Notes under the pieces: model-generated
Database searches by the model: none
What the model was told of the DNA's origin: nothing
The model's input: only the letters and a program-made list of their open reading frames with translations
Made by a program: the position numbers and the translations under genes
Part shown: piece after piece, positions 28,362 through 41,786 of the stretch
How positions within the stretch are numbered: the stretch's first letter is position 1
Layout: every line of letters starts with the position of its first letter
Assembly: GCA_963708075.1 (NCBI GenBank)
Contig: OY970194.1
Coordinates: 512,001-576,000 of the forward strand
Reading direction: 5' to 3'
DNA length: 64,000 bases
Source of the DNA: Sedimentisphaerales bacterium
Lineage (GTDB): Bacteria; Planctomycetota; Phycisphaerae; Sedimentisphaerales; Anaerobacaceae

Positions 28362-31300
28362 ATGACTGTGGGGAACAATCTACGAGTTCGGTTGATCGCC
28401 TGGATATGTGTGGCAGCCTTTGGCTTTGAGGCTCAGGCCGCAGAACAGTCTGCACCTCAGGCAGATGGCCTCGCGACAGCCAAAGCAGCGGAGCCTGAAG
28501 CTCATGGTGCCTCCGGAATCGAGATCGACCAAGTCCAGATTACCTGCCACATCGACGGCCGGCAACTGGCCGTGACCGTGGATTTCGAGGCCCGCACGAA
28601 GGAGGCGTGGCGCAGGATGGTCCTGCTCCAGGGCGATGCCGTGCTGGACAAGCTCGACCCCCAGCCGGACGCCGGCCAGATCAGTCGAGTCGGGGGTACG
28701 CAACTGGAGTACGATCCGAATGATAGGGCATATCATGTCACTTGGCCCGAGCCGGGCCGTCACAACGTGAATGCGACGTTCATGGCTCAGAGCGCCACCG
28801 AGCCCAACGGTCCCTGGCGCCAGGCGAGCCTCCAGGTCCCCGGCGGCCGCGTGCGTCAGATCCGCCTGGTCTCCAGCCGGCCCGAGCTCGAAGTTCAGTT
28901 GCTCGGGGCGCTGCGCGTCCAGCGTCGCGTCGACCAGGGCCAGTTGATCGTAGAGGCGATGCTCGGCCCTCGCGAGCCGCTGCGAATCCGGTGGAAGCCG
29001 CAGGTGCAGTTGGCCGACGCCAAGCTTGTGCTGTCGAGCCAGACCAACACGATTGCGGACGTGCGGGCCGGCATGATACAGATCGACGCCCTCTTCGATT
29101 TCGAGGTCGTGCAGGGCAGGCTTGAAATGCTGACCTTCAACGTGCCGGCCGGCCTGAGCATCACGGCCGTGCACGGAGCGTCCATCCGCACCTGGGTCCT
29201 CGGCGACAAATCAACGGACGGCGTTCGGCCGCTCCGAGTGGAGCTGAGTCGACCCCAGGACAGGAACTACCGCCTGCGCATCCATGCGGAAGTCGCGATG
29301 GACTCCCTGCCATCCACGGTGGAGGTGCCGGCTATCGAGCCGACGGGTGACATCCGCGCCAGCGGCCATCTGGCCGTCGGGACCAACAGCGCCCTGCAAC
29401 TGGTCGTGCAGGAGTCGTCCGGATTGACGCAGGTTGATGCCGCCGCCTTCCCGCGTGTCGAGGCTCAGGATGTCCAGAGCAGATCCATTCCCCAGGGCAA
29501 GGCATTCTTCTACACCTATGCCGGAAGCCGGTACCGTCTGCGTCTTGTGGTGGACGATATCGTGCCGACTTGCGAAGTGGCAGGACGTCTCGTCGCCAGG
29601 GTAAAGGAGGACGATCTGGTGGTGGACGCGGAACTGGAGCTCGACGTGCGGGATGCGCCCGTGCGGCAATTGGAGATCGTGGCGGCGGCAGGATTAATGG
29701 TCGCCGCGGTGGATGGGAATCAAGTAGAGGATTACCGCCTGTCAGACGCCTCAGCCGCCGGGCCGGCCGTGTCGTCAGGAGCTGGAAGCGCAAAGCGCCA
29801 GACGGTCCGCGTGATCTTCAAGGAACCCGTGATCGGCCGGACGCTGCTCCACCTGCGCCTGGAGTTGGGACGTGGCCCACTCGGTGAGCCACAGAGCATC
29901 CCCGCCCTCCAGGTGGTCGGTGCCAAGACGCAGCGCGGCTACGCGGTCGTCGCGGCGGACCCTGGAATCGAGATCGATCCGCCACAGGTGCAGAATCTGC
30001 GCGAGGTCCACACGGCCTCCGTACCCATGCGCGTGGCCCAGGCCCAATATGCGTACCGTTTTCGCGACGCGGACTGGACGTTGAGCTTGACGGCCCGGCG
30101 CCGGCCTGCGGAGATTCGGGCGGAGGTCTTCCATCTCCAGTCAGTCGCCGATGCCTTGGCTTATGGGTCGGCCGTGGTCAACTACGTCATCACCGGCTCG
30201 CCACTGGATGAATTGAAGTTCCGTCTGCCCAAGACTTTTGAGAACGTCGAGTTCGTCGGCCGGGATGTACGCCGATACGTGCAGCAGGATGACGGCTGGG
30301 TGGTCAAGCTCACTCGAAAGGTCCTGGGCGATTACAGCCTGGCCGTGACCTACACGCAGCGATACGACCCGGGTCAGCCCGTTCAGCTCGGCGCCCTGCA
30401 CTGCCAGGACGTGCAGACCCAGACCGGCTATGTGGTGGTGACGAGTCATCTCGATCTAAGGCTGCAACTGGCCTCCGATCAGGCGAGCGGCCAGGCAGGA
30501 TTGCTGCTCATTGCGCTCGACGAGCTGCCCGGCGATTATCGCCTGCTTACCAGCAGTCCCATCCTGGCCGCCTACAAGTACGTTGCCGAGCCGCACACGG
30601 CTTCACTCACCATCGATCCGTATCAGCGAAGCGGGCTGCTGCCTGTGATAGTGGATATTGCGGATCTGCAGACCAAGCTCGCGGTCCGCCCAGATAAGCA
30701 GATCGAGTCGCTGACAACTGTCCGCTACAAGGTGAAGAATACGACCGGGCAGTTCCTGGCTCTCACACTGCCTGCCGGCGCGGGTCTGGGCCGTGTCGCA
30801 GGTCGAACTGGGGCCTGATGGGAGGGAACAATCGACTCGCCTGGCTGCGTCCCAGGATCAGGACAGCGGGCAACTGCTGATTCCATTGTGCCGCCAGGTG
30901 AATCCCAACGATCCGGCAACTATTGAGCTGGAGTACGGCCAGGTGCACGAGAGCAGCGCATGGTGGACGCGTACGGTGGACCTTGCTGCGCCTCGTTGCG
31001 CCGTGCCCATCGCTTATGCCGATTGGCAGATCATCGTTCCGGACCGCTGGGCGGTCACCCAGGCCGGCGGCAACATGCAGGCTCCACCTCGGGCACAGAG
31101 TCGTACGGGTCTTGCGGCGCTGGCCGAGCGGGTTGCTTCGCTTTGGGAAAGGGCCTTGGGCCGTGCGCCGGCAAACGAGGCACTCTGGCTATTCGCCGGG
31201 GCGATGGCAATTCTGATTGCCATCCTCGCGGCCTTCCGGCGTCGCCGCGTGCCCGACCTGATTGTGTTGACAGTGCTGGTGCTGGCTCTATGGATCGGCA

Positions 31301-34300
31301 TCGAGGCGGCGATGGGTCAGATGGCTCGACCGGAGCCGTTGACGGTGCTGAACTGTGCACAGGCGGTCAATGCGGACCCCGATAAGGCGCTTCAAGTGAG
31401 TGTCGATCTCGTTCCCGCCTGGCGTCAGGATGTCCGGGCCTCCGATGCCGTTGGGGCAATTGCCGTCGTCATCGCCGGGCTGGGCCTGACCCTTGGACGG
31501 CGTTTGCGCAAAGTCGCTCTGGCGGCTGTGGCGACGGCGCTGCTATATCTGGCCGCGAAGATGCCGGTCACGTGGCCTGTGCTCAAAGCCGTGACGACAT
31601 GGCTTGTGCCCGCCGCCGCGGCGATGTGGTTCGTGTATAGGTCATGGCGAGCTTCGGCGAGGCCAATCCCCGCAAAAGCCGTGGCGGTGATGTTGATCCT
31701 GCTTGTCGCGTGCCTGAGCGGCGGATGCTCTGCAATCGCGTCCGGTGCTCGGTTGTCCGCAAGCCATTCCACGATCGAACGGGTCGAGTGCTCTCTTTCC
31801 GCCGGCACGGACAGCATGGAGCTGAAATACAACCTTCGTATTCGCGCGGATCGGCCGTCGCGTTTCCCGCTTCTGGAGGAGTCCGCCGTACTGACCTCGC
31901 CGGCCAAGCTCGGTGCCCATGTGACCCTTCTCGCGGAGAACGGCAAGCATATCTTGGATGTGGACAAGCCCGGAGCCTACAACGTGGAGGCTGTGTTCCT
32001 TGCGGTCCTGCCACCTGCGGGGGAGGACCAGCAGCGACGATTCGAGCTGGCCCTGCCCATGGCGCTGACGAACCGCGTCAGCCTGATGGTCCCCGACGCC
32101 AACGTGTCTATCGAGGCTCCTCGGGCGGTCTTTCTGACCAGCGACCAGCGAGGGGGACAGACACGAGTCGAGACGATGTTCGCACCGGGTCAACCCGCTA
32201 TGTTCACTTGGCGTCCCCTGGAGCGTCAGGCGGCCCAGGAAGAGGTTCGCTTCTATGCTCAGGACCTGGCTCTGGCCAGCGTGACCCCCGGCCTGCTGCA
32301 GGTCTTCCACGAAGTCCGGCTGCAGATCGCGCAGGGCCAGGTGGATCGGCTGACGGTGGACGTGGCACCGGGCCAGACCGTGACGTCCGTCAATGGACCG
32401 CAGGTCGGAGCTTGGCGCTTTGACCCGGTTGGCCATCATCTGGAGGTCCGCCTCAGCCAGCCGGTGACGGGATCCTACGCGATGACCCTTGTCACCCAAT
32501 CGGCCAATGCCGCCGTGCCTTACGACGTGCGTCTGGAGCCACTGGCGGTACAGGGTGCCCTGGATCAGCATAGCGTGGTGGGCCTGGCGGCGGAGCCCTC
32601 CGTTTACGTTCAGTTGGATCAACATCCGGCGGCGATGAATGTTCAGGATTACGTGCGTGAGGTTGGGCAACTGGTCAAGGTAGTGCCCGGCCTCGCGATC
32701 GAGCAGATCAGCCAGGCCTTTCGGTTCGAATCCCAGGGCAGCGCAGTGACCGGTCGCGTGCAGGCCGTACAGAGCGAAATCCGAAGTCAGGAGACGGCCC
32801 GATTCAATGTGGAGGACGACCGGCTCGTCTACAACAGTCAATGGGGCATCGAGATTGCCAAGGCCGGCCGATTCGATGTGGACCTGCTCATGCCCGAGGG
32901 CTTCGACATCGACGCCCTGGAGGCACAGGAGGTCAGCCACTGGGACGAATCCACGGAGGCGGGCCAGCGCCGCGTGAAGGTGCACTTCAAGCACAGACTG
33001 ACGGGATCGGTGCAGTTGAAGCTGGCATTGAGCCAGGCGCTGGCGGAGATTCCCGATCGCCTGGCCGCACCGCGCGTGATGGTGGCGGGGGGGCTCAAAC
33101 ACGCCGGGTATCTGGTGATTGGCTCGGAACAGGGTGTGCGCATATCCGTGGCATCCAGGCAGGGGGTCAGCGAAGTCAATCCCGCGGAGTTGGGCCACAC
33201 GAGCCAGGGCCTCCTGGCGTTCCAGTTCCTCAGGCCCGATTGGCAGCTTCAACTGCAAACGGAGCTGATCCAGGCGAGAGTCACGGTGCAGAGCCTTCAC
33301 GTGGCCAAGGTGACGGACGGCCTGGTCCGCCACGAACATGCGCTGCGGTATCGGCTGTACCACGCGGGGACGAAGGCCTTCGGACTGACCTTGCCGCCGG
33401 AGGCCGTGGGCGTGACGATCACCGGCCCGGGCATCGCCCGGCGCGAGCAGGCCAGTCCGGGGCAGTGGCGGGTGGAGCTGGCGGATAAGGTGTACGACCA
33501 GCCGTACCTGATGAGTGTGAAATATGAGACCCGGTATAACCCGGCCGATGGGAACGTCCCGCTGGCGCCCGTCCGGTGCCAGGATGCGGATCTCCAGCAG
33601 GGCTACACGGCGGTGTTTGCCACGGATCGCGTGGAGCTGGCCGCCAATTCGACGGATGCCACGCTGCGTCCCGCCGATGCCCGGAGCATCCCTGAATATT
33701 TCGGGGCAGGCGACCTCTCCGGCGCGGCGATGTGTTTTCGCTGCGTGTCCTCGCAGTACTCCCTGGCCGTGCGGGCCAGGCGGCATGCCGCCGCCGACCA
33801 GATCGGCGCGGAGGTGCTCAAGACCGATCTGATCACCGTGGTCACGGCTACCGGCCAGACAATCAACCGGGTAGTCCTCATGTTGCGGGTGGGCAGTCAG
33901 CGTCATCTGCAGACGATCCTTCCCGAAGCAGCGTCTATCTGGTCTCTGGCGGTGGATGGCCAGGCGGTGCAGCCATCCGTTCGCACCACGGCGGAGGGAC
34001 GCAGTGCACTACTCATACCGCTGCCGCAACAGACCTCGGACGATGTGCTGGTGGACATGGTCTATGTCTCCGGCCTGTCCCTGGCAGCCGGCTGGTCGGG
34101 GCGCCACAGCCTGGCCGGGCCGCGGTTTGACCTGCCGCTCAAGAACATCACCTGGCAGGTCCACATGCCCGAGGGCTTCACCTATAGTGATTTCGAAGGG
34201 ACCATACCCGTTCACCCGCGAATCGCGGAAGCCGGCGGTGTGTTGCGATACGATATGCAGACCTACCAGCAGCAAATCCTGGAGGTCAATCGGCGCAATG

Positions 34301-34986
34301 AGATGGTCGCCCAGCAGCAGCAGAGCCGCGCACGCGAGCTGGCCCAGAAGGGAGAGCAGACTGCCGCCCGCCAGGCCCTGACCAAAGGGTACAATTTCTC
34401 AGTCAGCAACATGGCCCTGAATGAAGACATCCGCGTGGATCTCGACAACCTCTTGAGGCAACAGGCCAAGGTGGGCCTGATCAACGCCCGGGACCGCCTG
34501 CGTCAGCAAAGCGGCGGAGCCCCGGACAGCCAGGCGCCGAGCGTGATCCCCACGGACGGTCAGGGCTTCAGCCAGCAGCAGGCGGAGCGCATCGAGAGTT
34601 CCCTGGGCCAGGCGGACAGCGAGAACCTCGAGCTGATCACCCGCCGGATCATCCAGACTCAGGCCTCCGCCGAGACCTCCGTGGCTCAGATCCAGGTGAC
34701 GATGCCGGTCTGCGGCCAGGTGTTGCGATTCGACAGCCCCTTGCAGGTGGAGCCCGCGGCGGAGATGGCGGTGGCCTTCACGGCCAAGCCGCAGCGCCTC
34801 GCCCAAGTCGATCCGAGCCTCTGGTATGGATTCGGGCTCTTTGGGGTGCTGCTGGTCTGCGGTGCCGTGGTCAACGCGATTCGCCGGCCCTGGGGCGCCC
34901 TATGCATGTGGTTGCAGAGTGCTCCTGTGCCCATCGTTGGCTCTGTTCAGCGGACCGGACCCGTATCGTCAGACGAGCTATCGTGA
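28362..34986 (+). CDS. Giant (~2200 aa) exported/membrane protein of unknown function; one apparent frameshift ~30783
   Basis: Signal peptide; LTLPAGA continues as VWAVSQ in the next frame; internal beta-rich repeats; central TM bundle and C-terminal TM. Confidence 0.75.
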
Positions 34987-35003
34987 TCTGATAGCCGCCT
35001 CAT

Positions 35004-38000
35004 TTACAGGCCGCCGGCCGGATCGACGAGGATCGCGTCGCCGAACGCGACTTTGACGGATTGCGGTGTGTCGGTGGCGAGGACCATCCCGGCCTTGAGG
35101 GCCGTGCTGCCGGCCGGCAGGGCGGCGGAGTGCCTGGACATCCAGACGCCATCCACGCGCTGCTCGAAGGATAGCGTGTTGCCGATGCGCCGGATGCGAA
35201 GATCAGCTTGCGAAACATTCCAGGCGTTGGATCGCAGCAAGCTTGACACACCGGAAGCTGTGATCCGTCGGACATTGAGCATTGTCCCATCTTCGATCCC
35301 GAACGCATATCGCACCGGACCGCCGACTTCCTGGATCTCCGCCAGTATGCCCGTCATGTAGTCACCGAACACCTGTCCCCGCAACTCCAACCTGGAAAGG
35401 AACGCCCAATCTGCGGAAGACGGCACCGGGCGCCAGATCAGCGGGTACTTGGGCGACTGCACCAGCCAGCGGGAACGCTCGATCATTCCACACCTGCAGG
35501 ACCAGAGAGCCTTCAATCTCCGTCAGCGAGTAGGAGGGGCCGGTGGTGTAGTTGGCGCGAATCGCGACGTTTTCCATGTTCCAGAACAGCTCCAGGCGCG
35601 GGAGGTCGAATGTGCTGAGCCCCTCCGGTCCGTAGATGGCCGCGTCGCGTTGGATCGTGGCGGAGGCGCCGTCGGCATCCTGACCTGTCACCGCAAAGCT
35701 GTAGATGCCGGGATGGGAGAAGGCAGCCGTCACCACCTCTTGGTCATTGGAGTCCAATGACACGTCCGAAGGCGTGACCGACCACGAATATTGCAGGGGC
35801 CCGCCTTCCGGATCGTAACTGCCCGAGGCGTCCAGAATGAACTGCTCGTGCATGAACCCGTGCCAGGATGGTGGATCGGTCTCCACCGCCATAACCGGCG
35901 GTGCGTTGCCCGTCTTGTTCAGCGTGATCTTTTCCTCGTGAAGAACCGCTCCAAACTCATCCACGCCCTGGACAGCCAGCTCATTGACACCAGTGTGCAG
36001 GAGGGTGCCCGTCAGGGTCCAGGCATATTCGCTGGCCCACGCGAACCTGGCCTCCGGATGGTCGGCGACTTGGACCTTGAAGACCCGCAACGGGGCGACG
36101 CCGGAAAGGGTAATGGTGTTGGCGCCGGTGGAGATCGGCTCACCGTTGTTGGTAACGACGGCGAAAATCATCGTCCTGTTCGACCCCAGCAGGTTGAACG
36201 CCGGCGTCTGGCGATTCGTGAACCAGCTCACGTATCCAAAGTTGAATGCATATTGAGTGCTGGCGTTCTCTTCGAGCTGCAGCCACCTGTAGAACCGCGG
36301 CGAATTGAGCGTGTAGTTCTCCATGCAGCCGAGTCAGGTAGTGCTTGAACAGGCGGAAGTTGTAGGGCTTTTCCATGTACGGCCGGAACCCGACCATACC
36401 ATTGTAGAATTCCGCATAGGCGTTGTCGAACGACCGCTTCATGTCCCACGGCAGGAACATGAAACGCCCGTCCGTGGATCGGCGATAGAAGTAGCAGTTC
36501 TTGCCGCGATTGAGCGAGAAGAAGTCCCAGGCGTGAATGTAACCGGCCACGGCGCTGGCCTTCATGAGAGCCACAGGATCGACCAGCCGCTCGATCTCCG
36601 CCTGCGTGTAAGAGCCGTTGACCTTCTTGAAGAGACTGACCAGGGCACTGTAATCGTCCTCGTTCTCCTTCGTGCGCTTCATCCATTCGCTGCGGTAGCG
36701 GCCCGCGTTGTCGGAGCTCTTATAGCTCCAATCGGCATCGCGATTCCTGCGGTTCCAGTCGTCCTGGAACCACCATTCATCGTCGATCTTGTACAATTCG
36801 CCCTGGCTGCCGTTCTCGTAGGCGCGGTCGAGCATGTCGTTGCCGACCACCTCCATCTCCTCGCGGACCGAGCCGCCTCCGTTGTTGACCTTCACCACGA
36901 TAAACTCGTTCTCGTTGGTCGGGTTTCCCAGCAGATACAGCCAGTAGCGGACCACTCGGTCATGGCTCCACCAGCCCACATCGTAGTTGCGATATACGAG
37001 ATTCCCCTTGCCTCGAAACAGGTTGTCCTCGGGGAACTTGAACTTGGCACGGTCAACGCCGCCGCCGCGGGTCCAGGGACTGCCGGCCGGCCGGATCTCG
37101 CACCCGTAGATGACATCGTTCTCATTGACGATTATGGTCGCGTTGAAGTAGTGATTGGACAGGCGGGGAAATGCATAGCCATACGAAGCCGTGGCGCCGT
37201 CTCCGTCCGAGATATCCCGCAGATCCAGGGCGGACATCACGAACCGCATCCGCCGCAGGTCCCCGGCGGCCATGGGCGAATCGACAACGTACATCGCCGG
37301 CCGATCACTCCCTTCTTTGGGCAACTGGCTGGCTCGATTGTTGGGCGAGGGAGGCCTGGACATAGAACTGCACGACCTGGCCGCTCTGGCCGTATTCGGT
37401 CAGTTGCGCGGTGTAGACTCCGTCGCCGGCTTGTTCGTCGCCGCCCGATACGCCGTCGTCGGCCATCGGCTTGCCGGCCCAGGTCCCGTTGCCGGTGTTG
37501 TTGTCCAGACGGTGAAACAGCAGGACCTGAGGCGAAGGCGTCTGAGATACCACACGGGCCGTCACCCGCACATTCCGGCCGGGGGCGGGCACCGCCGGGT
37601 CGTGCATGAGATCGTCCACCTGCGGAGCGGGCTCCGCGATGAAACAGGAATTCCGGGCTCCGGGAGTCCCGATATCGGCCGGCACGGGCAGCGAGATGCT
37701 CGTGGCGATGCTGTGGTCCCAGGTTTCGACGATCAGACGCGATGCACCCGAGACCCAGCGGGCATCGAAACTGATCTCATACGTCTGGTTGGCCTGCATT
37801 GCAGTGACGTCGATCTCGATTCGGTTGGGCCGATTATCACCGTGGCCGTCGGAAATGATATGCAGCTCTCCGTTTTCCATGTGGCTGGCGTAATGGGTGC
37901 CCTGGGCGAGCCATCCGTTGGCGCTGCGGCCGTCCGTGGACATCCTGTTCCCGTTGAGGATCAGGTTGGACCCCGTGCGATTCAGCCGGACCTGGATGTT

Positions 38001-40468
38001 CTTCAGGACCACGTGACTGTCGCCCACCAGGTAGAAGTGAAGCTCCTTATAGTCGGTGGGTGAGCCCATCGTCGTCAGTTGCCGGAAGACATCTGAGTAG
38101 CTGTAGTGCTGGAAGGGCATCCTGTTGGATTCATCGCTGTCGAACCAGGCGGAGGCCAGGCTGTTGTCCATCCAGGGGTTTCGCAGCTCCATGCTGCTGC
38201 CGTCTCCGTTGGTGCGGTTGGGCCAGTTGCCGCCGGGCAAGTAGTCCACCTCATCGGCGAGATTGCCCCATCGATCGACCAGCCGGACCACCTCGCCCTG
38301 GTTGCTCAATCGCCCGTCGAAGTCGCCCACCACGGGGATGTTGCCGTACGTGGCACGCACCCAGTTGGCATCGGCGGCCACCACCAGGTAGCCGTCTCGG
38401 GGGATGGCAGTGCCGGCCGGCATCGTGAAATCGATCCCATCGACGAATTGCCAGCCGGAAATGTCCACGGCCGTGGTCCCGCGATTGTAAAGCTCGATGA
38501 ATTCGCTGGTCGGTTCATCCGACGGCGGGTCGTACATGATTTCGTTGATTACGATATCTGTGTTCCTCGCGGGGTTGTTGGCGGCTCCCCGGGTGCTCTG
38601 CAGACGAGGCGTACCAGTTGTTCGAGCCCTGTGGAAAGGCTTGCAGACAATCCCCCAGTGTCGGTCGCTCGAAGACGCGGGCAGACGAGCACTGTGTCGG
38701 TCGAGTTGACAAGGAACAGGGTAACTTCGCCGCCGGAGAGCGAGAATGCGACGTTCTGACTGGCGTAGCCGCCTGCCGGGATCGACCCGCTGAGCGGGAT
38801 CTTGTCCGACAGATCGGCCTTGGCCGCCAGGAACAGGCCATCCAGCGGAATCCCTTCATTGCCGCTGTTGTAGAGTTCCACCCAATCCACCCTGCCGGCG
38901 CCGCTGAAGTGGACCTCATTCAGGTGGATTTCCGCCGCGATGTCGCTTTGGCTGACGTTCGGCGTGCCGCGGGTGGGCTCGGTGAAGAGGAACCACGAGC
39001 TGCTGCCTGTAGGTTTGCGGCCGATGGAGCGGCCGTCCAGCGGCATGACGGTGCTCACGGCATTGATGACTGTTGCACCATCCGGCGCGACCAGGTAGAC
39101 CTTCACCGGGCTCGCCACGGCCAGGCCGGATTCGGCGAAGCCCACTGAAACCAGCCCTGCCGCGGGCACCGTAACATCGGTTGTGACACGGAACTTCCGC
39201 AGGTTCGCCGGGTCGTCCGTGAAGTAGTGGTCGCGCAGGTTGATCGGGCCGGCTCCGGGATTATAGATCTCCACGAACCCGGCCCCGGTCGCTCCCGGCA
39301 GCACCTCGTTGATCTGCAGGCTCGGCTGAGTCGGCACTGAGATGTTCAGACGCATCCCGAACACGACGTCGGAACTGGTCTGGTTTGTCTGGTGCACCTC
39401 CACTGCCAGGACATTCGTGCCATTGACGAGAGCCGACCCGTCAGCCGTGATCACACCCAGTTCCTCAACGGCATCGCCGGTCGTACGACTGCTGGTCGTG
39501 GTGAAGGTGACTATGCCCGAAGGCATGCCGGACCTGCCGATTTCCTGGCCATTCAAATAGTACACCGCGCCGTCGTCGAGGACTTGATCGATGGTGACCG
39601 TCACGCCCTTGAGGCTGCCGTTGTAGGTGAATTTCGTGCGGAGGTAGAACGTCAACTGCTGGGAGTTTGTGAAGGGCGTGCGAATCCCCGGGGCCGGCAG
39701 GGATGCGTTCTCGAACCCGAACAGGCCGGGCCCCTGTTGCCATGCGCTGTCGTCAAAAGCCGGCGCCCGCCAACCGGTGCCCAGGTCCACGTTCTTATCG
39801 CTGTACCGCCACGTGTCGCCGTAGCTCACAAACGGGATCCCTGCGATCAGGTTGACTTCCGGGTTGGTGATGGGGGTCTCCGCGGCCTGGATCTCCTCGC
39901 TGCCCGGCGTGCCGCCCAGCCGGCCGCTGACGGTCCAATTGTGCCAGTCGTCGGTCTTCCTGTCCGGATTTCTGAGCACCAGCGAGTGACCTGCTCCGTC
40001 CGCCGCCGGAGACCATCGGCCCCGGTCGTTGTACTCCACCGTGCAGACCAGCGTCCCATTCTTGTCCCTGAGCGTGATGCGCTCGCCGCTGTTCTTCAGG
40101 TTGCCATCCCATGGTCCATACACGCGAACCGTGGGCGCGACATTGTAGGCGGCCCGCAACGTCGCCTCATCGACGGCGGACAACAGGATCCGCTCGAAGG
40201 GTTTCAGGAAAGTCCGATCCGCCTCGTCGGCGAAAAACGGCGGAAACACGTACTCCACCCCTTCGCACAGTCGCCACTCCGCGATGTCCAAAGGCGTGGC
40301 GGTATTGTTGCATACCTCGATGTACTCAGGCAGTGTGCCGGGCGGGTGGTACATGATCTCGCTGAAGACGACCTGTTCGGCGTGGGCGTCAGATGCTCCG
40401 ATCAGCAGTACGGCCAAAAAGGCGGGAATCCAGCACAAACCCTTCATCACGATCCTCCAAATGCCCAC
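35004..40468 (-). CDS. Large lamin tail / CotH kinase / PKD-like protein; five apparent +1 frameshifts
   Basis: FSEIMYHP, INEVL, LNEV, INEIMYDP (LTDs); GELYKIDD, KNCYFY, LPWDM (CotH); LDASGSYDPEG (PKD-like). Joins near 38685, 38600, 37345, 36325, 35458. Confidence 0.8.
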
Positions 40469-40666
40469 CTGTCAGACGCGGCCGTGCCGTAGGGTCTGAT
40501 AAAACATGCCTTGGTCTGCAAACAGACAGGCTCATCATCCCAAGTCCGAGGTGGATGACAGATACAAGGCTATTATAACATGGACTACCGGTAGGGCATC
40601 GGGAAAACACCGGATCGTTGAGCCAAGAGCCAAAGGTGTCTGTGCAGATCGCAGCGCATTGAGGAT

Positions 40667-40712
40667 GGGTGGCAACGGCAAGCTCCGCAGACTCCGCTTG
40701 CCGCTGCCACCC
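40667..40712. repeat. REP-like inverted repeat, copy 1
   Basis: GGGTGGCAACGGCAAGC..GCTTGCCGCTGCCACCC. Confidence 0.8.
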
Positions 40713-40793
40713 GTACAAGTGACTTGTGTCAGCCCAGTCTCAAGGACTTGGGACGTCGTCAATTCGCTTGACGGCGGTCATTTGGCCGGGCGT

Positions 40794-41666
40794 TTACGCC
40801 TTTGGCTTTTCTTCAATCCTGGCCTTTTTGATGACCAGCTCTTCCGTGGGTTTGCCCTGCGGCGTACCGGCGGCTTCGAGCTTCTTTACGGTGTCCTGTC
40901 CCGCAACGACTTCGCCAAAGATCGTATGCTTGCCATCCAGCCAGGGTGTTTCCTTGAACGTAATGAAGAACTGGCTGCCGTCGGTGTTCGGGCCGGCGTT
41001 GGCCATGCTGAGCAGGTAGGGCCGGTCGTGCTTGACGTTAGGACTAATCTCGCCCGCGTAGGCATAGCCCGGGCCGCCGGTGCCGGTGCCGAGGGGGCAG
41101 CCGCCCTGAGCCATGAAGCCCGGAATCACCCGGTGGAAGATCGTGCCGTCGTAGAAGCCCTTGTTCGTCAGGAAGATCGTGCTGGTGACGTGCATCGGGG
41201 CGATCTGCGGCATCAGCTTGATCCGGATCTCGCCCTTGTTCGTGTCGAGAATCCAGAAGTAGTCCTTAGTGGCGTCGAACTTCATCATCTCAGGCTTTGT
41301 GAGCTTCAGTTTCCAGGCATTCTGGTCGCCCAGCTTTTTGATCGCATCTTCACTGCGTTTATCCTGCTCCACCTTGAGTTTCTCCATGCGTTTCTGGCTC
41401 CATGCCTTCATGATCTCTCCTTGCTGCTGCGGACTGAACGGGCCGGGCTTGCCGGCCAGCGCGTTGCGCACGCCGCGAATCAGCAATTCCACGTTCACGT
41501 CCACGCCTTGTGCCTTGAGGTTCGCTACGAACTGCGTGCCGATGATGTAGCTGACCTTGTCCACCTCGGTCTTGAAATCGTTTGTATCCTGCACCGCGGC
41601 GAAACCTGTGGTGGCGGCCAGCAGAACACTGCAAACGGCAACATATGCGTACTTGTGAGCTCCCAC
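40794..41666 (-). CDS. Cyclophilin-type peptidyl-prolyl isomerase with N-terminal FKBP_N-like domain
   Basis: [48 protein letters not shown]-terminal [21 protein letters not shown] start after GGAGG. Confidence 0.9.
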   Translation of the reverse strand: MGAHKYAYVAVCSVLLAATTGFAAVQDTNDFKTEVDKVSYIIGTQFVANLKAQGVDVNVELLIRGVRNALAGKPGPFSPQQQGEIMKAWSQKRMEKLKVEQDKRSEDAIKKLGDQNAWKLKLTKPEMMKFDATKDYFWILDTNKGEIRIKLMPQIAPMHVTSTIFLTNKGFYDGTIFHRVIPGFMAQGGCPLGTGTGGPGYAYAGEISPNVKHDRPYLLSMANAGPNTDGSQFFITFKETPWLDGKHTIFGEVVAGQDTVKKLEAAGTPQGKPTEELVIKKARIEEKPKA

Positions 41667-41786
41667 TGTCAATACCTCCAAAGTTCTGGTTCAAAAAGTA
41701 CATTCCATAGTAACCGTAAGAATAGCCGAGATCCCCGGCCAGTTCAATTCCAAAGTGAAACGTGGCGAGACTGAGGATTTCATATT

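Noticed and set aside
35004..40468. Programmed frameshifting or phase variation in the CotH gene
   Set aside because: No shared slippery sequence or long homopolymer at the joins; sequence error is the simpler explanation.
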